From contig CAVRAG010000008.1 in assembly GCA_963718895.1 (NCBI GenBank), forward strand, positions 1,408,001 through 1,472,000: a DNA stretch of 64,000 bases. The letters run 5' to 3'. Below, piece by piece: positions 47,389 to 56,129 of this stretch. The number at the start of each line of letters is the position of its first letter. Within the stretch, counting starts at the first letter, position 1. The position numbers were made by a program, and so were the translations under genes. The DNA comes from an uncultured Nitrososphaerota archaeon (GTDB lineage: Archaea; Thermoproteota; Nitrososphaeria; Nitrososphaerales; Gagatemarchaeaceae). The notes beneath the pieces were generated by a model. The model worked only from the letters and a program-made list of their open reading frames with translations, searched no databases and was not told where the DNA came from.

Positions 47389-47619
47389 ATGAAGAAGGCG
47401 TTCGTCTTGGTCAACGTGGAGTTGGGCTCGGATGACGAAGTGGAATCCAAACTGAAGGAGATCCAGCCCGGCTTGGGAGTCTATCAGGTCTACGGCGTGT
47501 ACGACCTCGTGGTCGAGGTCCATGCCGAATCGGACAAGGAACTCAAGGACGTCATATTCTCGATGATCCGCTCCCTGAATCACGTGAAGTCGACGCTTAC
47601 GCTCTCTGTGGTCGAATGA
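47389..47619 (+). CDS. stand-alone Lrp/AsnC ligand-binding (RAM) domain
   Basis: AFVLVNV, VYGVYDLVV, IRSLNHVKSTLTL. Confidence 0.9.
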   Translation: MKKAFVLVNVELGSDDEVESKLKEIQPGLGVYQVYGVYDLVVEVHAESDKELKDVIFSMIRSLNHVKSTLTLSVVE

Positions 47620-47677
47620 CGGGGCATCACTGTCATCTTACCAATGTTTTTTACGTTCCACTGACCCCAGCGAAGGG

Positions 47678-48220
47678 ATGACTCACCAGGGGCCGCCCCC
47701 GACCCGGGACGAGAAGGTGGTGAACCTCATGACGAACTACACAATGCTCTTCGCGAGCATGTTCGAGGATGTCTTTGCCGACCTAGTGGCCAAGATGGCT
47801 GAGGTGACCGTGGGGATGGGCGACGCAATTGCGGGTGCGATGTCGGAAGGTCTCTCCGGCGGCTCTCACGAGGGTGCGGTAGCAAAGAAATCGGAGGAGA
47901 AAGTCCAGCCGGAAATCGGGGCCCAGGCCTCGGAGGAGATCAAGAAGATGTTCTCAGGACTCAGGGATCAGGTGTCCTCGAAGATGCACGAGAACAGTCC
48001 CGAGTTCAAGGCCTACCTCACGAATCCGGCCTTCGACCAGGGCATCGCGATAGTGGAGAAGTATGACTTCGGCCGGCTGAGGATCACGGAGAAACTGGGC
48101 GACGGGGACCTGGCCTCTTACCTCCTCCTTCTCAAGTCGGGCGACGAAACGTTGGGGAAGATGTTCCAGGAGCTGGGTCAGTGGCAAGAAGGTCTTCCCA
48201 AACCCCCGGTCAGAGACTGA
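47678..48220 (+). CDS. hypothetical helical protein
   Basis: Clean ORF with coding-like codon usage. Confidence 0.65.
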   Translation: MTHQGPPPTRDEKVVNLMTNYTMLFASMFEDVFADLVAKMAEVTVGMGDAIAGAMSEGLSGGSHEGAVAKKSEEKVQPEIGAQASEEIKKMFSGLRDQVSSKMHENSPEFKAYLTNPAFDQGIAIVEKYDFGRLRITEKLGDGDLASYLLLLKSGDETLGKMFQELGQWQEGLPKPPVRD

Positions 48221-48251
48221 GCAACTCGGAATTCTGTCGAGACGATGCGTT

Positions 48252-48274
48252 GGGCTGATTGCGCCTCCGCCGGG
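48252..48274 (+). repeat. strong copy of the dispersed motif
   Basis: gggctgattgcgcctccgccggg, 21/23, between convergent genes. Confidence 0.85.
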
Positions 48275-48325
48275 GCATTCATGCAAAGGTCGGACAGTTG
48301 CTGCCAGACGGTGATTCACGCTTGA

Positions 48326-50260
48326 CTAGGCCTGGGCCCGAATCGTCCTTTCCAACTTTTCCATCAGTCTGGCGTATCGCGGATCCGCCTTTGACTTGGC
48401 GAAGAGAGGGCAATACATGACGTATCCGTACTGCAGGACGTGCTGGTCGGTTGCCTTATTCATGTAGACGAAGTAGGAATCGAGGTCGCCCAGGGCGTAG
48501 TGGATGTACCCGATGTCGCTGAGGTTGGTGGCGCCAATCCAGTTCTCCTCAATCTTCTTGATGGCCTGGAGCGCGCCGTCCCTGTCCCCCGTCTGCGCAG
48601 CTATGAAACCGCCCATCCAGGTCACCCAACGATGTGTGGGCTCGAACTTCCCTGCCATAGCGAAATACTCCTTCGCCTTCGCGATGTCTCCGTTGTAGAG
48701 GTAGTACTCTGTCATTGCCCTGTACGTCCCCGCCGGTGCCACCTGGGCGGTCCTCTCCCAGAACGAAAGCGCTTCGCTCTCTCTTCCCAGGTAGAAGTAG
48801 AAGCGTCCGACCCGCTCGACGTAGCGGGGGGTCACCGGGTCCAAGCGGTAGCAGGCCTCGGCCAGCCTTAGTCCCTCGTCTCTGTCGCCTTTCAAGAGGA
48901 CTATGTTGGACAGTATGTTGTACGTCTCCGCGATGTTTGGGTTTAGCTCCACGGCCCGCTTCGCTTCGGCTTCGCTGCCTGGGACATCGTCCTCCTGGAA
49001 GTAGATCCGCGCAAGACCTGCGTGGGCTTCGGCGAGCTCGGGGTCCAGCTGGATCGCCTTCGTCAAAGCGAGCTCGGCCTTCGGAATCACCCGCTCATAG
49101 GAGTCGTGGCCATAGGTCAAGAGCAGCAGGAAGCACTCCGCCAGCCCGACGTAGGCCTTCGCAAAGGAAGGGTCGAGCGCCGCCGCTTTCTCAAAGAGCC
49201 CCACGGCCTGGGTGAGGGAGTGCTGGGTACCCTCCCGGACCAGCTCTCTTCCCCGCAGGTAGTATGTGTAGGCCTCGGTGTTCTCAGTCGCCTTCTTCTC
49301 GATGACTCGCTTCTCCGAGTCGACGAGCCTGATCTTGAGCTCCCCGGCCACCTTCTCTGCGATCTCCGACTGGATGGCGAAGATGTCCTCCAGCTGCCTG
49401 TCGTAGTTCTGGGCCCAGAGGTGCCCCTCGGTCGCAGCGTCGATGAGCTGCGCGGTGATCCTCACCCTGCTTCCCGCCTTCCTCACGCTTCCCTCTATCA
49501 GGCTCCCGGCGTTCAGCTCCTTCCCCACCTCCGATGCGCCTTTGGGAGAGCCCTTGTACTTCATCACCGAGGTCCTCGCGATGACGGTCAGCTGCCTCAC
49601 GCTCGAGAGGGACGTGATGAGCTCTTCTGTCATGCCGTCCGCGAAGTATCCTTCTTCGGGGTCGGAGCTCAGGTTGGCGAAGGGGAGGACTGCGATGCGC
49701 TTCTTATCCAGGCCGGTTCCAGGTGCCTCCTGCCTCTCCCAGGGAAAGACGATGCGGAAGACCTCGACGGCCTCCCCGACGTTCTTCAGCTCCTTCCTGC
49801 CGATGCTGACGAGCTGGAAGTCGGACTTGTTCCTTATCTGGTCGTGGACCTGCTCGGTGACGCACACGCCTCCAGGAAGGGCGAGAGGCTCGATCCTCGA
49901 GGCCAGGTTGACGGCGTCGCCGTAGACGTCCCCCTGACTGTGGATGACGTCTCCCAGGTGGACGCCTATGCGAAGCATGAACTTGGTCTCGACCGACCGG
50001 CCGGAGTTCGCCTCGTGCAGAGACTGTTGAATATCGAAGGCGCACCTGACCGCCTCGAGGGCGCTGCCGAACTCCACCAGAAACGCATCTCCGATGGTCT
50101 TGACTTCTTTTCCGTTGTGCCTGGGGAAGAACGGTCTGACAAGGCGGCGCTGCTCCTCGAGGAGCTCCATGGCGAGCGCCTCGTCCTTCTGTGTGAGGGA
50201 GGTGTAGCCCACGATGTCGGTGAACATTATTGCAGCGAGTTTTCGCTCGCCTTCTGGCAT
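48326..50260 (-). CDS. class III adenylate cyclase + TolB-like + TPR protein
   Basis: FTDIVGYT, KTIGD, DVYGDAVNLASR; IAVLPF..DGMTEELI; TPR repeats. Confidence 0.92.
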   Translation of the reverse strand: MPEGERKLAAIMFTDIVGYTSLTQKDEALAMELLEEQRRLVRPFFPRHNGKEVKTIGDAFLVEFGSALEAVRCAFDIQQSLHEANSGRSVETKFMLRIGVHLGDVIHSQGDVYGDAVNLASRIEPLALPGGVCVTEQVHDQIRNKSDFQLVSIGRKELKNVGEAVEVFRIVFPWERQEAPGTGLDKKRIAVLPFANLSSDPEEGYFADGMTEELITSLSSVRQLTVIARTSVMKYKGSPKGASEVGKELNAGSLIEGSVRKAGSRVRITAQLIDAATEGHLWAQNYDRQLEDIFAIQSEIAEKVAGELKIRLVDSEKRVIEKKATENTEAYTYYLRGRELVREGTQHSLTQAVGLFEKAAALDPSFAKAYVGLAECFLLLLTYGHDSYERVIPKAELALTKAIQLDPELAEAHAGLARIYFQEDDVPGSEAEAKRAVELNPNIAETYNILSNIVLLKGDRDEGLRLAEACYRLDPVTPRYVERVGRFYFYLGRESEALSFWERTAQVAPAGTYRAMTEYYLYNGDIAKAKEYFAMAGKFEPTHRWVTWMGGFIAAQTGDRDGALQAIKKIEENWIGATNLSDIGYIHYALGDLDSYFVYMNKATDQHVLQYGYVMYCPLFAKSKADPRYARLMEKLERTIRAQA

Positions 50261-50372
50261 TCAGACCGCAACTGGCTCGTACCGTGTAAAAGCTTTTCGC
50301 GCCTGGCGGAGAACGTAGAGGGTCTCCGGACGCTGCTTGGTTCGCAGTTCCGAGGAATGTCATCACTGTATG

Positions 50373-50394
50373 GGGTTCATTGCTCTCCGCCAGG
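50373..50394 (+). repeat. strong copy of the dispersed motif
   Basis: gggttcattgc-tctccgccagg. Confidence 0.8.
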
Positions 50395-50487
50395 ACGGAT
50401 TCTCAGCCCACTGTGAGTTTGATGTCCCCCAAATGACGAATGGTGACTTGGCAAAAGATTAACTATTATGGCTTCGCTGAGTATTCA

Positions 50488-50976
50488 ATGGACGTTACAC
50501 GAGTCTCCAAGACGATCAATGCGCCATTGCGCTACGTATACAACTGGTGCACCGACTTCCGTGAAGACGACCCCAAGATCACAGGCTCCAAGAGCCAGAG
50601 GAAGATTGTTGAGAAGACACGAAGGAGGGTAATCTACGTCCAGATCTACGTCGGAGCAGACGCCACCCAGAAGATGGAGGTTGACATTGTCACACTGAAG
50701 CCTCCGACTTCATGGCATCTTGACGCCTTCGGGGAGGAGGAAGACGAAACGGGCGAGTACCGCCTCAAGAGTCTGGGGAAGAACAAGACCAGAATCGACA
50801 TGGTCTTCAAGGACAAGTGGAAGAACATCGCGAGGGTCCCATTAGCAGAGGAGAGCGTGAAGCGCACGAACGAAGTGTGGGACAAGTATGTGGCCTCGCT
50901 CGAGAAGGAATACAACTCGAAGGGCAAGTTACGGACGCACAATCATTCGTTCATGTTGACTGGGCCTCTGTCATAG
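50488..50976 (+). CDS. SRPBCC / START-like protein
   Basis: INAPLRYVYNWCTDF, central beta-strands, C-terminal helix. Confidence 0.65.
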   Translation: MDVTRVSKTINAPLRYVYNWCTDFREDDPKITGSKSQRKIVEKTRRRVIYVQIYVGADATQKMEVDIVTLKPPTSWHLDAFGEEEDETGEYRLKSLGKNKTRIDMVFKDKWKNIARVPLAEESVKRTNEVWDKYVASLEKEYNSKGKLRTHNHSFMLTGPLS

Positions 50977-50998
50977 AGTTCGTGGCGCCTCCACCAGT
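50976..50998 (+). repeat. copy of the dispersed motif
   Basis: gagttcgtggcgcctccaccagt, 17/23, abuts the stop codon. Confidence 0.7.
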
Positions 50999-51200
50999 GC
51001 GTTCAGCTCGGGCCTATCTGCGTGTCCCATCGCCGCACGGACAACGGAGATGTTGAGCCGACCGAACAATAGAACCGGGACGCCTGACAGGCGGCGGAAT
51101 CTTGATGCGGCAAAGGCATCTCTTCGTGAACGATTGAGACAGGTGGGTGGCTTCGCAGGCTTAAATAACGAGCGTGGCAATTCGCCGCGATTCTCCAGTC

Positions 51201-52307
51201 ATGAGACCTCTTCTCATAGGACTGAACTCGGCGTCAGAACAATACACCCCCCTGGACCTGATCAAACGCGGTCTCGGCGCTCATCAATCTGGTTTTGACT
51301 CCTTTTGGATTTCGGACCACTTCCATCCCTGGTTCCACACCGGGGCGCACAGCAGCTTTGCCTGGGAGGTAATCGCTGCAATGACCGCCAGGAGCGACAG
51401 GCTCGTCATGGGCACGAGCGTCACTGCGCCGCTGTTCAGATACAATCCTGCGATAGTGGCCCAGGCGTTCTCCACCCTCTCCTACCTGGCCCCCGGGAGG
51501 ATCTGGCTCGGCATGGCAACGGGAGAGGGGTTGAACGAGGTGCCCTGCGGGTACCAGTGGCCTAGCTCGCACGCGGAGAGGATCAGGAGGCTGAGGGAGG
51601 CGACGATCATCGTAAGACTCCTCTGGACGAAGGAGTTCATCACGTTCAAGGGAGAGCATTACAGCCTGCACAAGGCCAATCTTTACGACAAACCGCAGAT
51701 ACCGATTCCGATACACCTCTCCGGGTTCGGTCCCCACTCTGCGGAACTCGCGGGGGAGCTGGGCGATGGCCTCATGACGGTCGGGCCCGTAGACCCGACG
51801 AGAGCCAGAGAAGTCCTGTTTCCGGCGGTCGAGAGGGGGGCAAGGCTGAGCGGCCGCAAGCTGGACGACATCGAGAAATCGATGGTGCTCGGACTCGGCT
51901 TTCATACAGACCGGGAGAAAGCCATAGACGCGCTGCTCCCGTGGCGGGGGTCGATGCTCCCTGTATTCGCCGATTCGGAGGTTCATGATCCGCGAGTCAT
52001 CGAGGAGAACGGGAATCGCGTCGGAAGAGATACGATAGAGAAACACATGGTCATCGCGACCTCTCCAGAGGACGTGATCTCCGCGGTCGAGCGGCATGTC
52101 AAGCTGGGGTTCGACCATATAGGTCTGGCCATCTCCGGAGACCTGCCAGCCTTTCTCGACGCCGCGAAGCGGAAGATCCTGCCATACTTCCGCGAGGAAT
52201 ACAAAGACAGAAGGTTCAACGGCGAGTATCGCGGCCGATATGATTGGGAAAATCTGAAGAGGATTCTGGACGCAAAGGACCTTGGTCACAAGGTCAGGTT
52301 GCCGTGA
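51201..52307 (+). CDS. F420-dependent LLM oxidoreductase, G6PDH-like subfamily
   Basis: SEQY, ISDHFHPW, GTSVTAP, GEGLNE. Confidence 0.88.
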   Translation: MRPLLIGLNSASEQYTPLDLIKRGLGAHQSGFDSFWISDHFHPWFHTGAHSSFAWEVIAAMTARSDRLVMGTSVTAPLFRYNPAIVAQAFSTLSYLAPGRIWLGMATGEGLNEVPCGYQWPSSHAERIRRLREATIIVRLLWTKEFITFKGEHYSLHKANLYDKPQIPIPIHLSGFGPHSAELAGELGDGLMTVGPVDPTRAREVLFPAVERGARLSGRKLDDIEKSMVLGLGFHTDREKAIDALLPWRGSMLPVFADSEVHDPRVIEENGNRVGRDTIEKHMVIATSPEDVISAVERHVKLGFDHIGLAISGDLPAFLDAAKRKILPYFREEYKDRRFNGEYRGRYDWENLKRILDAKDLGHKVRLP

Positions 52308-52435
52308 CCATTTTCCCGAGTCGTCCTGCTCCTCAATCTCATCGAGACTGACTTGGCTGTGGGTCGACACATCTCTAGATTAGGTTGGAGCCTCTTGACA
52401 ATGCTTGGCTTCATCAGAGATTTCGGGCTGTCCTA

Positions 52436-52451
52436 GGGCTCATTGCGCCTC
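52436..52451 (+). repeat. copy of the dispersed motif (left part)
   Basis: gggctcattgcgcctc, 15/16, overlaps the GNAT stop codon. Confidence 0.8.
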
Positions 52452-53007
52452 AGGGGCGTTGCGTGGCATAGGTGGATAAATCGAGCCGCCAGTCATTGCA
52501 GCGCATGTGATGGCCGGGCGGGTACTCGAGGTCGAGCTCGCCGAGGAGTTCAAAGCCCAACTTTCTGCAGACGCCGTTGGAGGGGGCGTTGTCCACCGAC
52601 GGGGACGCGTGCACGAACCTGTTCCGCCCCTGTGAGCAAGCCTTCTCCATCGCCAACGAGGCACCTTTCGTGGCCACCCCCCGCCGCTGAAACTCCGGGA
52701 GCACGCTCCAGCCGACCTCCCAGACGGTCTCGTCCTTCAGCGGTCTCTCCCAGTACACGACCGAGCCCGCGGGAGCTGCTTCGCTCCCCAGCGTGACCAC
52801 GAAGACATGGGTCGTATCGGAGCCTGCGGCCTGAAGGTAACGGGCATGCCGCTTGCGAAGCTGCTCTGGTGTCTCCGGACCGCCGAGGTGTGTCATCATG
52901 GCCGGGTCGCCAAGCAGGCGCTCGAGCAACCAGAAGTCGCGTTCTGAGTAAGGTCTCAGAGCGACCTGCACCGGACCACCGAGATCCGCCGGACGGGACG
53001 CGACCAC
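52450..53007 (-). CDS. GNAT acetyltransferase, RimJ/RimL type
   Basis: EVGWSVLPEFQRRGVAT, NAPSNGVCRKLGF; TATA near 53035. Confidence 0.88.
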   Translation of the reverse strand: MVASRPADLGGPVQVALRPYSERDFWLLERLLGDPAMMTHLGGPETPEQLRKRHARYLQAAGSDTTHVFVVTLGSEAAPAGSVVYWERPLKDETVWEVGWSVLPEFQRRGVATKGASLAMEKACSQGRNRFVHASPSVDNAPSNGVCRKLGFELLGELDLEYPPGHHMRCNDWRLDLSTYATQRP

Positions 53008-53053
53008 ACCCGATAAAGAGAGTTTGCCGGTATTAAATTGGCCGCAGCGCCCT

Positions 53054-53076
53054 GGGTTCATAGCGCCTCCGCCGGG
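53054..53076 (+). repeat. best-conserved copy of the dispersed motif
   Basis: gggttcatagcgcctccgccggg, 22/23. Confidence 0.88.
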
Positions 53077-53089
53077 GATTACGGGCAGC

Positions 53090-53479
53090 CTAGATTTGGA
53101 AATGCTTCACGCGTATTTCTGTGACCTTCGTCAGAGCTTCGTCGGTGGTCAGAAGAGTCGCACCGAGCCTCTCTGTCAGAGCTGCGGCAAGGGCATCCGC
53201 CAATGATAGGTGGCTGTACCTGCATTTGTTCAATCCAGCAGACTCCGCCAGCTCCCCTTCTGCAACGACTTCCTCCAGAATGGTCTGCGTCTGATGAAAG
53301 CGGACCATGGCCGTCTCCCGGCCGAACTTCTGGCAGACCTTGTAGTAGAACTCCGCCAGGTTCGTCGAGGCGACATAGCCGTGGGCTCCGCCATCCTGAA
53401 TCTTTGCGAAGAACGGTTTGATTCGCTCGTCTCCCGCGTAGAACAGGGAGAGAGCGCCTGTGTCAATCACATACTTCAT
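53090..53479 (-). CDS. vapC: VapC PIN-domain toxin
   Basis: VIDT, NLAEF, LSLADA, LLTTD. Confidence 0.9.
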   Translation of the reverse strand: MKYVIDTGALSLFYAGDERIKPFFAKIQDGGAHGYVASTNLAEFYYKVCQKFGRETAMVRFHQTQTILEEVVAEGELAESAGLNKCRYSHLSLADALAAALTERLGATLLTTDEALTKVTEIRVKHFQI

Positions 53480-53724
53480 GGCTCGCGCGCCTCTCGCCTG
53501 TGTTCCTCCTTGAGCTCCCGGACGGCTTCCCTGAGGGCCTGGCTGCGTTCTCTGTCGATTCCGAACAGGGCGTCGATGGCGGGCACAGGAACCAGGACGA
53601 TCTCGGAGTCCTTCTCGATGAAGACTATCTTGCTGCCTGGCTTAATCCTGTAACGGGCCCTGAGGCGGGCCGGGATGTTTACCATGCTCTTGCTGGTCAC
53701 GGTAGCTGTTTCAGGCATAACCAT
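53476..53724 (-). CDS. vapB: AbrB/MazE-type antitoxin
   Basis: VTSKSMVNIPARLRARYRIKPG; 4-nt overlap with vapC. Confidence 0.88.
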   Translation of the reverse strand: MVMPETATVTSKSMVNIPARLRARYRIKPGSKIVFIEKDSEIVLVPVPAIDALFGIDRERSQALREAVRELKEEHRREAREP

Positions 53725-53760
53725 GCGAATTCACGAAAACCATGTATTAAAGCATACACA

Positions 53761-53780
53761 TGGTTCAGTCCCTTCGCCGG
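53761..53780 (+). repeat. degenerate copy of the dispersed motif
   Basis: tggttcagt--cccttcgccgg. Confidence 0.45.
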
Positions 53781-53872
53781 TCCATTTCATACACAAGTCG
53801 GACCACCCGGTGCGACGTACGGTGGTGGCCTGCCAAGAAAGTCTAAAAGTCTGAGCGTCAGATTCGCGTCTC

Positions 53873-54808
53873 ATGAGACAGCTTGACGCCCTCAAGTCGC
53901 CGCGGTTCACCCAGATCTCGACTTTTGCGAGACTCCCGCACACTCAGAATCTGAGGGGGGTGAGAGCGTGCTTCGTCGGGGTGCCCTTTGACGATGCTGT
54001 GACCTACAGGACGGGCGCGAGGTTCGGTCCCAGTTCGATCAGGCAGGCCTCGAGACTGTTGAGGCCGTACAACCCGTTTCTCGACGTATACCCGTTCGAT
54101 GAACTGAACGCCTGCGACTATGGCGACGTCAACATCATTCCAGGGTACACCGAAGACACGATGAAACTGGTCCAAGAGGAACTTACTACTCTTGCGAGGA
54201 AGACAGTTCCGTTCATAGCTGGAGGCGACCACTCGATAACGCTGCCGGTGCTTCGGACGATGCGCGCGATCCATGGAAAGGTCAACCTCGTCCACCTCGA
54301 CTCTCACTACGACTTTTGGAACAGCTACTGGGGGAAGAAGTACACGCACGGGACATGGCTCAGGAGAGCTTTGGAGGAGGGTCTGCTGAAAGAGGTCTTC
54401 CAGGTCGGGATCAGGGCCTCGCTCTTCTCGAAGGAAGACGTCAGAGATTCGGAGAGACTGAAAATCCACAGCTTCAACATCCGTGAAACGAAGCACAATC
54501 AGGCTAGAATCATCAGGGACATCAACGCCCTGAAGGGGAAGACCTACGTGTCGTTGGACATCGATGTCACGGACCCTGCCTTCGCGCCGGGGACAGGCAC
54601 TCCGGAAGTGGGGGGCCTCTCCAGCTTTGAACTGGTCGAGTTCGTGAGGTCCATGAAGCTCGATCTCGTCGGTTTCGACGTGGTCGAGGTCTCTCCACCG
54701 TACGATCTCAGCGAACTGACAAGCATGCTCGCCGCAAACCTGCTGTATGAGGGGATGAGCCTGCTGGCCAAGAACTCGGCCCGGAAAGGGCCGCGAAGCA
54801 AGAGTTAG
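53873..54808 (+). CDS. speB: agmatinase (ureohydrolase family)
   Basis: GARFGP, GGDHS, DSHYD, SLDID, PGTGTP. Confidence 0.88.
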   Translation: MRQLDALKSPRFTQISTFARLPHTQNLRGVRACFVGVPFDDAVTYRTGARFGPSSIRQASRLLRPYNPFLDVYPFDELNACDYGDVNIIPGYTEDTMKLVQEELTTLARKTVPFIAGGDHSITLPVLRTMRAIHGKVNLVHLDSHYDFWNSYWGKKYTHGTWLRRALEEGLLKEVFQVGIRASLFSKEDVRDSERLKIHSFNIRETKHNQARIIRDINALKGKTYVSLDIDVTDPAFAPGTGTPEVGGLSSFELVEFVRSMKLDLVGFDVVEVSPPYDLSELTSMLAANLLYEGMSLLAKNSARKGPRSKS

Positions 54809-54950
54809 CCAATCATCTCAAGGTGAAGGACTCGACAAGGGGAACTTGTGTGCTCCCGGGGGGGGTCAACCAGAGGGACGGATGTTCGACCAATCGAGTC
54901 GGCGACCTGCAAGGAGCCCTTCAGATTCAGGGAGACCTTTGCCACGCGTA

Positions 54951-54968
54951 GGCTTCATTGCGCTTCTG
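54951..54968 (+). repeat. copy of the dispersed motif
   Basis: ggcttcattgcgcttctg, 15/18. Confidence 0.7.
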
Positions 54969-55127
54969 AGCATCTCGATGAGAGCTCCTCAAGGTGGCCC
55001 TAAGACCTGACGAACATGAAGTCCATCTCGAACAATGGCAAGGGTCTGCACTCCAAAAACGACTGGTGAGCGGTATCTGGACAGACGGACGACTAGGATT
55101 GTGGTGGTGTCCCCGATCGGTGGCCGC

Positions 55128-55496
55128 TCAGGCGGAACCCTTCGCAACGAACTTGAGAGATATCGAATTGGCACAGTGCCTGGTGTTCTTTGCTGTGAAA
55201 CCCTCGTCAAGGAAGACGTGGCCCAGATGAGCACCACAGTTGGCGCACTCGATCTCCGTCCTGTCTCCGTCGGCGTCGGTAACTCTCTTGACCGAGCCCG
55301 GTATCTCGTCATCGAAGGCCGGCCACCCGCACCTCGCGTCGAACTTGTCTTCCGACCGATACAGGGGTGTCTCGCATCTCCTGCAGACATATGTCCCTGG
55401 CTTGAAGTTGTGCTCGTATTCGCCAGAGAAGGGCATCTCTGTTCCTTTGTGAACTATCACTTCTTCCTCTTCCGGAGATAGTTTGTTCATCTTCAA
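55128..55496 (-). CDS. msrB: methionine-R-sulfoxide reductase
   Basis: GTEMPF, CRRC, CGWPAF, CANCGAHLGHVF, RHCANS. Confidence 0.95.
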   Translation of the reverse strand: MKMNKLSPEEEEVIVHKGTEMPFSGEYEHNFKPGTYVCRRCETPLYRSEDKFDARCGWPAFDDEIPGSVKRVTDADGDRTEIECANCGAHLGHVFLDEGFTAKNTRHCANSISLKFVAKGSA

Positions 55497-55590
55497 TGGT
55501 CTCGCTTTCAGCTTTTCTGCGGCTCACTCTCTATTAAACGCACGTCGTGCAGCGCGGTTCTCGGAGGATGGGCAGGGATGGGCGGGTGCA

Positions 55591-55610
55591 GGGTTCATCG
55601 CGTCCCCGCC
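55591..55610 (+). repeat. copy of the dispersed motif
   Basis: gggttcatcgcgtccccgcc, 17/20. Confidence 0.75.
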
Positions 55611-55619
55611 TCACGTGGT

Positions 55620-55928
55620 CTAGGTCGTCGCGTCGGTATACCACCCGTCCGGGGAGCCGGCAAAGTTCTCCGGGCACGTGGTCGTTCGGCCGAGCCTGAA
55701 CTCGAGCCAGACCTTGTCTGTCCTCCGTGTGATCTTGACCACCTCGCCCTCCCAGGACTTCTCGGGAGTCCTCATCTCCTTGTCCACCTTGACGAAGACC
55801 GCCGGAGTATGGTCTGCCAGCCTCTCGGGGTTCATCACTGCGCCGCGGAGCATCGTGTATGGAAACGAGGAGACGTAGCCTACCCTGTCCCAGTGGTTCG
55901 GCCGGCTGGTGATCAAGACGTATCTCAA
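55620..55928 (-). CDS. hypothetical beta-rich protein
   Basis: Clean 102-aa ORF: NHWD, AVFVKV, EKSWEGEV, DGWY. Confidence 0.6.
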   Translation of the reverse strand: MRYVLITSRPNHWDRVGYVSSFPYTMLRGAVMNPERLADHTPAVFVKVDKEMRTPEKSWEGEVVKITRRTDKVWLEFRLGRTTTCPENFAGSPDGWYTDATT

Positions 55929-56129
55929 GGCGGGAGTCGCCCTCGCGGCAGGCCGGGTAGATAATGCTTCGAGGCGCTTCCAATTTCAAGGCGCGCCAGC
56001 TCCGCTGGGTTGGCAAAGATGTGGGCTTGACAATACACAGCGTTCATTGTCGGCCGGTGCAACTGGCCCGATAGGGTGCGAAAGACACCCGTCTTGGCTC
56101 AACCGGACGAACAACGGACGACTTCGGCA

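Noticed and set aside
8381-52370. Long antisense or alternate-frame ORFs (e.g. 8381-9745, 30608-32074, 49022-50416, 51234-52370)
   Set aside because: Shadow frames of well-supported genes in GC-rich DNA, with no recognisable motifs.
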